A stretch of 64,000 nt of DNA, from the IMG/VR virus record IMGVR_UViG_3300042891_001512, positions 47,346-111,345 of that record, one strand, 5' to 3'. A model generated the notes under the pieces. It worked only from the letters and a program-made list of their open reading frames with translations. It searched no databases and was not told where the DNA came from. Position 1 is the first letter of the stretch, and every line of letters starts with the position of its first letter. Positions 38,301-49,700 of this stretch are shown here, one piece after another. The stretch is from a virus. Lineage: Duplodnaviria; Caudoviricetes. The translations under genes and the position numbers were made by a program.

Positions 38301-40281
38301 GTTAGTTGGGTCTAAGTTGAATCAAACGCAAGATTTAATAGAGCATTTAATAAACATGGGCGGGCAAGACGGAAGAATTAGAAAAATCCTTGAACATCAA
38401 ATAGGTTTAGTTTCTCAGGAACTTGCAATTGACTTTTCCAAGAGTGCTTCTGGAGTTATGCCATCTTTACTTAGTGACATGGATGTATTGAGGGAAAGTT
38501 TAACCAGTGTCACTATGGCCATAGATAATTCAAAAGATGTAAACGCAGCCTTAAGAGCTGTGGAAAGAGTACGTAAAGCTGGTGGATCGATAGATGATAT
38601 TGGTGCACAAGCGATAGAAAACCTTGGCAAACGCGTGGGCACAGAGTACGCACAAGTAATGGAGTTGGCAACTGAGATGGCAGTTAGAGACGCTGTAGCC
38701 GCTGAAAAATTTAAAGAAAGATTTTTGCCAAAAATTGATCAACAATTATTAAAGGGAAGAGCTCAGTTAGTTGACCTTGAATCTATGATCAGAGGTATAT
38801 CTAGTGGGATACAAACAGGTGCTTCTGACGTTGGTATGTTTAAAGATATAATAGGACAATTGTCCGAAGAACAAATGCCGATAAGTTCAGAAGCAAGAAG
38901 AGATGCGCTTATAAGACTTTTTGGTGCGAATGAGCAACACGTTTATGCTACTGTTTCCAAGTTGCATGGCGCAGGCACAGTTGCCGCTGCAAATTTAGAA
39001 GCAATGAATAATATCAGGTACAGGAGCAGGACAATAAATCCTGCTTTAGCTTCGTTCGAATACACAGAAGAAGCCAGAAGAGCAGCAGACTTTCTTTTAG
39101 AAAAACATACAGAAGAAGCTTCTAGAATATTAAATTTTAGAACAGATATGGCTGAGCTAAACAATGAAGCAACAAAAGAATTATATTTAAGAAAACTTAA
39201 AATGGGCGATACGGTGACAGATGATATAAGAGAAGCAGCTCGTAGATCTGGTGTATCTGTAGAAGAAATGATAAATACTTTAAGGAAAAGAAGTGATCAA
39301 ATTGGTAAAGAATTTATTTATGATGATTTAAATTATTTTCCAAAATCAGTGCTAGAAGACGTAGCTGGATCTGGTGGAACAATTTCTAGTAATTTAAGAG
39401 AATTATTTTCAGCAGCAGAAATAAAAAGAAACTATGCATATTCAAAAAGTGTAATAGACAGCGATGATGTAGCTAAAGCTTTAAGAATTTTAGGATCAAC
39501 AACAAGCGAGAATCTCCCTTCAAGGGCAGGGCAAACAGCAAAGGAAATCTTAGAAGCTTCAGCATATGGCGTACTGCATGATCCTTCATCAGCTCAATTA
39601 GACATACTGGCTCTATTGTCTGATAATAAAGAAATACAAAACCAAGTATTTAATAACAGAAACATGAATGAAGTTAGAACGACAATGTCCAATAGGCTTG
39701 ATGCAGTTATGGCTGACATTAGGTACTCAGAATTGGCAGATGAATTTAAAACAGATTTAGATTTTATTGGAAGACCAACAACTGCAGCTCCTGCGCCAAC
39801 TACTACGGTTGGAAAAGATTTGGAAAGAGTAATATCGGGCGAAGAAGTATCTATAGCTAAAGCACAATTTAAACGAATTGGTGAATTTATAAAAGACGGA
39901 AGTTTAAAAAACTTATTCCAAGAAAATAAACTATTTAAAAATTCAGTTGTAGCAATAGGAGCTTTGGTCGTTGGCAGCTTTGCTTATCAAGCCGTAAAGG
40001 ATAGAAGCCAAGAAGACATACAAGGTCCACCACTCCTGCCTGGTGGATCAGCTTACGAAGACAATTACCCCAAGAGGATGTCTGAAATCCCGCAAATAGG
40101 AAACGCAGTTTACAACCCAGGTGTAGATTATAAAGTTAACTTATACGGGAATACAAAAGACGTTTCCAACTTTAGGCAAGAAGCTATGGGGTTAGGAAAA
40201 TTCAATATGAACACTACTATGTATCGTAGAGCTCCTCAGGCTGGGAATAACCCGTACAATGAAGTAGCTAGCTCTTTCTAA
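35374..40281 (+). CDS. Large helical virion or ejection protein (1635 aa)
   Basis: TAATG coupling; C-terminal hydrophobic helix SVVAIGALVVGSFAY; contains GGFDLDD...RQP. Confidence 0.55.
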   Translation: MIPINELFTNPRKAEYAAKAGMARTELGRTGAARVEKDETTGRFSYVSSVSGKKFDTPGEAFLESKKFLLTDYTELRYGASKLGSEFYDTRFSQAGSVLENLQTRLTSATDLQRSQLARIGLGDIDPSTLMMQILTSKSEKGKGATLAAKELEKLSIGFIPIVDGEGGAFLTMQALVGGEQRALSSAQMHMMSTILGSGLLNQERLQSALGEAAMPGFVNKLPKRLRAFFSERDISILQEDITRAIGSIDVGTTIEDRALRVDSGIDYLRRYMGFAGRSTDLVYDADGKVISGLGQNFIVKEGGVEYNLIDELLDTNLVKATIDNLSTESLDKGILSTEKIKGLVGRSNSSKELLGNVEKTFGKNSEEYKSIERIMKGVKREFDGISVVNDRLRTYKMDELQGRIGTMQDQIKEIHADLRAGIPGRSRQEAEALEQQLYEIQRQYDIVSKANNLYQVTLRGGTNEDQIKSAANFADFDLIGSKRGLFSGFAAILDEEAIKNELGFNFKGFVFSGLGSSSDKVYADPVSTSFLGELFASDYDIENMKRYSGEIMQEFNTAIDQNILPPRIKEMLQRTVFNDELDYLPEYMTETRRRNKAFAKQLLEMHQSGISPKDSPRMMNMLASLHASEMYRIQTKGNVATYLPALPDVRRFALSTENAAFQSGTAPSENLSGMTSARIKGVDGEIATQLLEFRVDDNRVLFGPGMTNRFYESLGGFDLDDKVLTKMMTYKDNGNKKRLLFGMYRQPSGPEESIYAKANLDEGTLRSYFQNERFRGLLEDYRSSAGGVRASSLDDLYSVLWNDKKYKTINADEAEQLVISIFDFAESRGKAGLRMLDGSMEGVAGAHNRRILRAIERQGSSSLANSQQYTRPGIFKIFEEENQKYNSQQGYLIKDQIKELLENDSYKNALDSSVYNQLKTALESSQFDEVNRVFEKNLDNPILSALKEQSVFNKMFSVATSEESAVLGTYVNRTMLVGSKLNQTQDLIEHLINMGGQDGRIRKILEHQIGLVSQELAIDFSKSASGVMPSLLSDMDVLRESLTSVTMAIDNSKDVNAALRAVERVRKAGGSIDDIGAQAIENLGKRVGTEYAQVMELATEMAVRDAVAAEKFKERFLPKIDQQLLKGRAQLVDLESMIRGISSGIQTGASDVGMFKDIIGQLSEEQMPISSEARRDALIRLFGANEQHVYATVSKLHGAGTVAAANLEAMNNIRYRSRTINPALASFEYTEEARRAADFLLEKHTEEASRILNFRTDMAELNNEATKELYLRKLKMGDTVTDDIREAARRSGVSVEEMINTLRKRSDQIGKEFIYDDLNYFPKSVLEDVAGSGGTISSNLRELFSAAEIKRNYAYSKSVIDSDDVAKALRILGSTTSENLPSRAGQTAKEILEASAYGVLHDPSSAQLDILALLSDNKEIQNQVFNNRNMNEVRTTMSNRLDAVMADIRYSELADEFKTDLDFIGRPTTAAPAPTTTVGKDLERVISGEEVSIAKAQFKRIGEFIKDGSLKNLFQENKLFKNSVVAIGALVVGSFAYQAVKDRSQEDIQGPPLLPGGSAYEDNYPKRMSEIPQIGNAVYNPGVDYKVNLYGNTKDVSNFRQEAMGLGKFNMNTTMYRRAPQAGNNPYNEVASSF

Positions 40282-40290
40282 AGGTGACTT

Positions 40291-40743
40291 ATGATTTTTG
40301 GTGCTGACAAACAAAACAAAAACTTAAAAGACGCTGCTGCTAAAACTAAAGATACATCGGTTAGGACCGAAACATCTAACGCATACGCTGCAAAAATAGC
40401 TTCCGATAAAGGCAATAAATCTGCGTCAAACGCTGCTAACTCTAAAGATACAGTTTATAAATCTAAAAAGAATTTAAAAACTTCGGACACAATCAGAGGT
40501 TCGAAGGAAGGTTTGATGGATGGTAAATCAACATACCTCCAGATGAACAACTCTGGATATATGAATCAAAGACTCCAGCAGGCTAGATATACAAAGAATT
40601 TTGAAACACACAAAAGCCCGTTCATGCAAAGAAACTTTACAAATGTACAACAAACTGGTATAATTAATAATTATAGTGGGGTTACCCAAGATGGATCTTC
40701 ATCCAGTAGGATTAATGCTATGTCTAAATTGAATATAATTTGA
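40291..40743 (+). CDS. Basic low-complexity hypothetical protein
   Basis: AAGGTG RBS; Lys/Ser/Asn-rich. Confidence 0.7.
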   Translation: MIFGADKQNKNLKDAAAKTKDTSVRTETSNAYAAKIASDKGNKSASNAANSKDTVYKSKKNLKTSDTIRGSKEGLMDGKSTYLQMNNSGYMNQRLQQARYTKNFETHKSPFMQRNFTNVQQTGIINNYSGVTQDGSSSSRINAMSKLNII

Positions 40744-40752
40744 TGGTAAAAC

Positions 40753-43700
40753 ATGGCTAATCCAAGGATTAATATCTTCTTAGAAGATCATGAGATAGAT
40801 TCTAAGGCTTATGATTATTTAAAATATCTTGTTGGTTTATCTTATGTAGATAAATTAATTGATTTTCTTAACCCAGATAATGTTGGCAAAACAGTAAGTT
40901 ACGCACAGCTAAACGATTTTTTTAATAGCCAAACTTTACCTTCTGGCGTAACAACAGATTCATTAAAGTACACTCCAAAAGATTCTTTAAATTTATCAGA
41001 AAAAGATAAGTTCAGCGTATTTGCGGCAAACGTAGGAATAAGATATTGGTTGACTGGAACAAGACAACCTATATTGGAATTAACTAGCGAACTGTTAGCT
41101 AGGTACCGACCAGGAATAAGTGCAGAAAAAGCAAGAGACGATTTCTTCTATTACAAAGCTTTTCAGCGGAAACCCTTATCTTACAGAGTACGCAACCGTT
41201 ATACCTGCAGCAGAGTCTTTATACAATAGATTAAAAATTTGGAAAAAAACATATAATCCATCAAGAGACAAAAGCGAAAACATAAAAGCTTTAGTTTCAC
41301 AGGAGTCAACTTGGTTAACTGATCAATTGACTATTGGGTCAAATGATCCCACTGGAGATTCTGTTGAGGCTTTAAACTATTTGGAAGAAGTTTTTGAAAA
41401 AGTTTATGAATCTAATTGGCAAACAAAATTAAAAGATTTAAAACTCTATGCTTCTCCAAATCAAGACCCATCGACAGTTGACTGGACCGGTTTCTATAGA
41501 GTATTCAAACCTCTTAGAGATGACAATGTTCTTGACCCACTAAAAGGTGCAGTAGATGCAGACCAATTAAATAGAATTTTCGTAAAGATACAAAATTCAG
41601 GGCTATTAAATTTAGCTGGGTATGCTAGCGACATAGCAGCTTTTGGCAAAAAAAGATTATCTAATTCTGCTACTGTAAAAAGATCTGCATTTGATTTTGT
41701 AAACCCAACAGAAGATCAAGCATGGTTGGACCAGTTAATATTCACCGTTAAAAACGTATCCAGAGATCCATTAACACTGTCCACTATCAATATGTATTTC
41801 CCATCTTTAGTTACATTCTTTTTTGATGCGTTAGCAGTGACGGCAGATTATTCAGCTGGCGGCACAGGCGGTGGAGAAGATGACACTGTAAATAATTTAA
41901 AAGATTTTTTAAAGTCTTTACAAACAGCACTAGGCGCAAAAGAAGGTCAAGATGTATTCACTCTTGTTTTTAGTGGACCTAATGATCCAAATAACTTTAA
42001 AAACACAGCAGAACGAATTAAGGAAGTTTTAAAAAAATCTCCTTACAGAGCAAACATTTCTCCTCAGTCACCGGACATCTTTCATCTCAGACTAGGTGCT
42101 GCAAACTTCTACGTACCACCGTTATCAATCAATATAAATACCGCATTTAAGACTGGAAGCTTAACAGGTGGTGCTCTTAGGCAAAAGAATACTCCAAAAT
42201 TTAATTCTGGTTATAAAGAAACTTCTATAACAATGAGATTGTTCTTCCCTAACTACGAAGAAATTTGGGGCATATCAGTTGAAGACGCATCTAGAATACA
42301 ACTAAAAGATAATTTTGTAATTGATTTTTCCTCTACTGGAGATTCTGATAAAAAAATAGATAAGTTTCTTTCTTCACTAAGAGGTATTGTGGCGGCATTT
42401 AAATACTCGCCATTCCTTCCTATAAAGAGCGCCTACTTGAATAGTGTCCATGGCATAACTGCAGTTGCTCTTTCTAATATCCAAATACAGACCATACCTA
42501 ATTTCCCATTCGCCTTAGCGGTTGATATAGAGTTATTAAACTTTAATCATAAACCACTTATGCCGATGATAACTGATTTTAACCAAGCGATACATTGGGG
42601 TAAGTATAGACAGTATATGGGTAAGGCAGCTGTATCTTTAAACAAATATGTTAATGGAGAATTTCTTCAAAAGCAAAGTGATGTTAAAGCTTCAGATAGG
42701 ACAGAAAGCCCTATCACAATGCAGCCAAATGTTACCGATGCATTGGACAGAAGGTACGGCGCAGATTCAATAGAAAAATCTTACGGCATATCTGCGGTCA
42801 ATCTATCGGAAAGCGAATTGGTTACAAACGTAGTCAATGAATGGACAAATGGGAATAATATATCTTTTTATATTCCTATAGAATCTCAAACAAAAATATT
42901 CTTGCCAGACATGAGTTCTTTCAGGGCTAATAATGAAGAATTATTATCAGACCAAAACGAAGATTTTTGGTCAAGAATATTAAACTATTTTGGAATTAAT
43001 GTAAATAATTCATCTGACTATGGCGTTAAGTTAGCCAACGCATATGATTTGTCAATGAGCGGACAATACAATAGGAACATCAGAACTATACTTAAAGATT
43101 CTTTAGACGTTTTAACGGCTGGTTCTTCAGACGGAGAAGTAAAAGAAAAAGTATACGCCTATCTGGTTAAGGTATTCAAAATACAAAACAAGAGTTTATC
43201 TCAAAATGAAAAAAAATATATAGAAGATATTAATAGCGATAATGTTCCTGCCGGCATTGGCAACGGAAGCTATATAGTAAATGGTGAAACACTTTCCAAT
43301 GTAAGCATTGTTGCAGCAAAAGAGTACATGAAAAAAATAGCTTTAAGCTCAAAAGCTTATCTTGATCAGACAACAAATACTTTGGTCAACAAGAAGGCTA
43401 AAGAGCAACTTATATCAATACCAGCAGATGGAGAATTGGGAAGTGAAGCCTATCAAAATCTACAAAAGGAAACTAAGTCTCAAGTAAGTGACGCATTTAG
43501 CGTTCTTGTTTATGAAAGATTTTATTCAAGTGGACCAATCCAAGCTTTGATGGAGGCGGTCAGAGCAAGGTCTGGCTCGTTCCAATTTAGGGAATGGGAA
43601 GTACCGATGCTCAAGGTGGACCTAGATCCAACCGCAGTTACAGTTACTGGGGTAAGTGTTTCTATGGGAAATAATTTAGCTAAGCTTCAACTTCAAATGC

Positions 43701-46700
43701 AAGATGAACCAACTTACCAACACATTGGTGGTAAAGATTCGTTCATAAATATATCTATGACAGTAGTTGGGGAGAAAGAATTAGCTAAAATAAAAAGAAT
43801 TTTTGATCATGTAAACGCTTTGGCAAGACTAGAACATGCAAGTGGTGTTCTTGGGTTTATGGGAATAAAGAATATAATTACTGCATTGTGTGGTATTAAA
43901 TATGTTATGCCATCAAATTACACAGTGTCTACAGTCCCAGATTACCCCCATGTTTACCAAGTTAACTTAAGCTTAATGGACTTTGATGTTTTCCAACAGA
44001 CTAGAGAAAAATTAAGTTCTGTACAGCAAAAAGATTTTATAGATAATTTTTCTTCAAAAAGAAATCCATTCTTAAGAATCAAACAACTTTGGGGATCTTT
44101 TAATGCCTACCCCGATTTACCTCTTGAGGTAAAAGACACTAACAACGAAACAGTTGGAACTCTTGATCCAGATTTCTATTTTAGATCTTTTGATATGTTT
44201 GATAAAGATATTATATACAATATAACGCAACAAACTAAACCAATTACTTTCGGCCCAACCGACAAAGATGCTATTGAATCTCAACAGATTTATAAAGCAT
44301 ACCAATATCTTCCTACGTTTGTTAGAGAATATTCTAGTCTATTAAAAAGTGAAGATAAAAAAGCAAAATTAAAAGATTTAAGTACTTGGTTAAGAAGTAA
44401 TAATATAGATTTTAATATTTTCTTAAGAGCATTTGAAAGCTGGAATAAGAACCCTTACGACGCTGCGGGTGGATCTCCAATACCATCAAATTCAGGCGTT
44501 GTTGTTTTAACAGATTATATAGAATTTATTGAAGAACAAGATCCAGAAATTATTAATAAAATATCTTCCGCACCTTACCAAGTTGGAGATATATCATCTT
44601 CAAGTCTAGAAGCATATAAAGAAATAGAATTGGCTTTAGCTGGAGAGTTTAGTCTGCCAGATGAAAGTGAAATAAGTTTCTTGCCAGAAGAGTTAAATGC
44701 GCACGTTAATATATATATGATGCCGATCAAGGATCCAAGCGATCCAGGTAAGGTCCCAGCTATGGTGGTTTCAGCATTTGGGCAGAACTTTGGTTATATA
44801 GATACAGAAAAAGGTTCAAGATTTTATCTTACAATAGATGGGGTAAAAGTTCAAAAGGGTTCAAAAGTTTTTGAGTTAGCACCAATACCTATAGAAGAAT
44901 ATTCAAACCCAGCTCTTGGCACTAAGAATTCCGCAGTTGCAGGACTAACGCCTCTTTCTGATTATGGAAGTCCAATTTCTCATGGAGATGGTCAAGTTCC
45001 AGAATGGTCTACTGGCAAGGGACAACCACCTGTATCAGTGAACATGCACTGGGAAAAAATGTTAGTTGACACTCAATACCGAGATGTATCAGGCAGAATG
45101 ATAAGAGCATTCCCGACCTACATGCTTTGGTTGATAGATGAGGGCGGCTACTTTGCCGGAGTAAAACTGTTTGATAATTTTTATGGCCTACAATCTATTG
45201 TTGATTTTTCTGTGGTTTCATCAGAAGACCTTTTGGGTGACACTTTAATATTTAGGGTATCTAATCTATATTCCAAATTAACAAAAGCAGCATCGTCAGA
45301 TATATTTAGCGCAGACTCCCCGCTTGGTGGAATGGCTTCTTCTGGAATAGGTTCTATATTAGATAATACTTTAAATAAAGCTAGGAATATTTTATCTCAT
45401 ATGAAAAATGATTATGTTGTCAACGTAGAGAACATAATTTTAAAACCAGGAGTAAGAGTTCACCTAAGAGGTGGATACGGTTCAAATCCAAACAGCTTGC
45501 AAACTTTATTTAATGGAACTATAACCCAAGTTGAGTACGGGGAAATTGTTACTGTTACAGCTCAGTCAGACGCTATAGAACTTGGCGCAGTTGTTAACTC
45601 TACAAATAAAAAAGGTGACAGCGGAAAAATAGATGGAGGAATAAATACTGGGCTTTGGATGTCAGAGCCTAGAGACTTAATGGTCAGACTATTATCTATG
45701 GGTACTTCTAGGTTTAGAGAAGGAATAGCTAACGCAAATAGAGGATTAGTATTTTCTGAAAATAAATTTGGCATTAGACATTTTGGCGCAATGATATACG
45801 CACCAATGAGTGAAGCAGAAGCATCAAGGCAATACGCTCTAGTTGATGCAGTGGCAGATTCTCACAGAGCTGCTAATGAATTAAGCGGTTCTGCAATAGG
45901 TAAGTCCGCGTTAAATATGGTTGGCATAGGTGTGCAAGAATTTAGATACCCAGTAGCTTCTTTGATGGGTCAACTTTGGTCAAATTTCTCAGCTCAAAGA
46001 GATATGGAAATATTCAAAAGAAATATATATCCAGGAAACGGAACTGGAATAGCACAATTTTTAGGCGGAGATTTAGGAGATGGCTGGACAAGCGTAGCTT
46101 CTATAACGCCAGAAGATCAACCTAATCCAAGATTAGAATATTTATCAAAGTTATCAGACAGATCTTGGAATAGTTTAATGTCCAAGTATGATTCGGCTGA
46201 CCCAAACGCAACCGCAGTAATTGATTCAACAACACAAGACGGGCAGATAAGAGATAGCCAAGGAAGTGCAAATCTATTTAGAAGTCTTTCCTTGGGTGGA
46301 ATTGGCGGAACATTGGCATTGGCCGGTGGTCCAGTAACCGCCACTATTGGTGTTGGCATAGGTCTTCTTGGAGTTTTAAGTGGAAGAGGCGGAAACAATA
46401 TCTTCAGAACACTTGGTTTAATTAGCGCAAACAGCGATGACGACATGCCTGGGTTTGATGAAGTTTCTTTTAGAGCTCAAACATATATGAGAACTGTTTG
46501 GGATCTTTTCCAAACATGCGCTAGATTACTTCCTAATTACATAGTTGCGGTGAGACCATTCGAAGATAGATCAACTGTTTTCTACGGCAAACCACACTGG
46601 CTTTACACTTCAGGCGTAGTGCCAATCACAACTGGATATCCTGGCGATGAAAAAGCAGCCGAACTAGGAATAATACCTCCGCAAATAAATGATCCAGATT

Positions 46701-49700
46701 TTGATTTGATGACAATCATAACGGACATAAACAAAAACATAAATCCATACGCAGATGCCGAAGCCTTCTTAAGGGGTACTGAACCATTGGAAGCATTAAA
46801 CGGTCTTGCAACATCACAAAAAAATGCAGAAGGAATTTTTAATGCGGCGGGTTATTTGAGGGAACAAGGAATATTAATTAATTTTAATGATAAAGATTTT
46901 CAAGAGATAGCAGACGCAAAAGGAAATATAATTGCAAAACTTCCTACATCAAAAGGAAAAGTAACAATAGGATTTCACTTACCTGTGGGCAATAATGTCG
47001 AGATCGTAACTGATTTAACTGGTTCCTCACACGCGCAGATTCAACAGCTTCCAAGTAGATTCAGGTATCCATTTTTTACCGCAAGAAACAATGACGATAA
47101 AACTCTAGATACCTATGCTTTTCAGTACAACATTGCTAAGACCGGAGCAGGCAATACAAACACTGGGCAGAATACTTCTGGTAGTGATTCATTTATTCTG
47201 AATAGGGTTGATAATATATATGGACAAGAATTTAAAGATTTTTTAATATATGACATAGACTATCAAACAGAAAAGGGTCTTTCTGGTTCTCAGATTGTAG
47301 AGTTATTAAATAATCCTATTGATTTTTCTTTGAATGGTTTTATCCCGGAAACAATTGCAAACCAACAATCACTATCAATAACGATGCCTTTCCCTGAGCC
47401 AGCTTTAAACAGTCAAAATTCATCAGATATATTAGAACTTAGTCCAGAGTTAAATGGAAGTAGGCCGTTCTCCTATAGCGAGTGGCAACCACCAAAAACA
47501 AATCTAGAAGAGCAATTTTATATAGCCATGAGATGGCCTTACAACGTTGCAGTGTCAGATGAAAATTTGGTTAAGAAATTTAAAAAATGGTATTTTGATA
47601 ATGACAGCGCATCTTTGTATGGTGAAGCTAAAGACTATCAGAATATGCACGTACTTGTGTATAATCCTTCCGCTAATAATGGACAAGGTGCAGCCGTAGT
47701 TTGTAAGCCAGCCTACTTTCTTTGGGGCAAAAATGAAACAGTAGATATTAAACTCGCAAATGCTAATGGAAGCGATGCAATTAATCTAGAGCAAACAGAA
47801 ATAGATGCCGTAGTTTCTCCAGACGCAGCTTATTACTTAGACGTTTTAACTGTTAATAAACTTTCTGTTAAAAGAGACGAACCAGGCAAAGACGCATGGA
47901 GATATGAAGATAAGGGGTACGCACCGGTACCGGATATAGAAGAATGTTATTTTGCATTTGTTCCAAATACAGTTCCACTTGGTGTGGCCTTTAGTTCTGT
48001 AGTGCCAATTAAAAATTTCAAAATTAAAAAATCTACTAATAATGGACCTGCGCTTGAACCATTTAATCCTGGTGCAACTGAGGCTCCTACAGAAGATTCA
48101 GTTGTAATTGGGTTTGGTCCTTGGACAGCGGGGACAGATGGTGGAGACTTGTACGCTATCTTAAAAAACCCAAACCTAGAAGCAATTAGACAGTATGTTC
48201 CAGAAAATGCAGCCGATACAGGTGACGCTAATTATGCACGCGGTGGAAATTTTAAAAGCTATTATGATCTGATAAGAAAACCAGTTGATGATGCAAGTAG
48301 AGGAAATTTAAATGATTTACTGTATGGAATAAATATTCTTAAAAGCGAAAAATCAGATAAGGATTATAGTTCTTCTGGAAGAATAGAGTTCCCATCAGTT
48401 TATTCTCTTCAAGATAGTACTTCAATTGAGTCAAGAAAATTCTACGATGAAGATTATGATTTGAACACAACAGTTATAGCTGGAAATGGAAGAACTTTAG
48501 CTCAAGCTCAGCAAATATGGGACCAGTTCCGCTATGGTTATCATACATACGAATCAGTTAAAGACATTTTTGAAGAAACATATTTAATGAATTGGGATGA
48601 TACGACTCCATTCACTGGCGAAATACAAAAGATTTTTAGTGGCAAGCAACTGCCAGATGATTTTGGAACCTATAATAAATTTAATGTTACGGGCAGCAGC
48701 GCTTTAGATGAATTTAGTTTATTGTTTGGAGATAAGCCGACTTCATCACAGGCAGATGCAATAGAGTTTGCAAGAAAAAATTTCATAGATGCACCTATAG
48801 CTGATGGTGGTTTAATAGAATATTTTAATGCACTTAGCATAGAAAAAATAGCACTTTTAAAATCAAACTTATTTGATCCAGTCCAAATGGGCAATATATA
48901 TGGCGAAACGTTAACTGAAGCAGACCTAGGTTCTGTAATAAGAAACCCTCAAGATTTATTCTATTATCTTGTTGGTCTATTCAGACAGGCTATGTGGAAC
49001 GACGCCTACGCAAGAGCTTGGTTGGTTCTTAAGCCAGATAGAAGAATAAATTATGGCAATTCTCCTACAGATGAAACCTGGTCATTCAAACCTGTTGATA
49101 AAATATTCCAAGCTTTTATTTTCCCAGGGAACACGTACGCTAAAGATAAAACTAAATTCCTTCAACTTCTTTTTAAGAACAAGAGTGAGGGAAATAGTAC
49201 AACTAACTTAGCCAGTAGAACTTTAAGTAGTTTAGGCGATTTTTATGATAAGAGTATTGGTCAGATATTTAATGCTGTCACCGACAGCTTATCTGCGTTG
49301 TTCAACGTGTTCAGACTCAACATGCTTCAAACTGGGTATGGGCTTTCTCAGAGTACAGTGCTTGCAAGACAGGCAAATATTCTGAATAAAGCTTTAAACG
49401 ATTCTATATATTATCAGTTGGGAAGACCAGGTTCTTTGTTAAGGGCTGTAGATAATCCGTTTACAAGAGAATACGCAGAACCGGTAGTAGAAATTAGAGA
49501 GCCATTCCAAAGAATACATTATCTAAGTTCTTTCTCTCATATATTATCAAATCAAATCCAAGAAAATTCTGGAGTTGCCACGACAATAACAGCGGTATCC
49601 GATGGCAAGTACCCAGTAACTGTATCTTTAGATAAGGGTGCGCCAGCTGATAGGCAAGTTGAGAATACTGTAGAGACTGGTATCTACTTTGACAACGTAG

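Noticed and set aside
41158-41166. GCT TTT C as a homopolymer error or Phe slippage explaining site 2, or an independent GTG start at 41120
   Set aside because: Possible for this site alone (AGGA lies 4 nt before the GTG), but it cannot explain sites 1 and 3, which share CGGA. Kept as a caveat only.
40753-41229. Calling the split genes pseudogenes
   Set aside because: The downstream frames of 3695 and 1583 codons are fully intact and encode probably essential tail parts; each gene has only one break, of the same kind.
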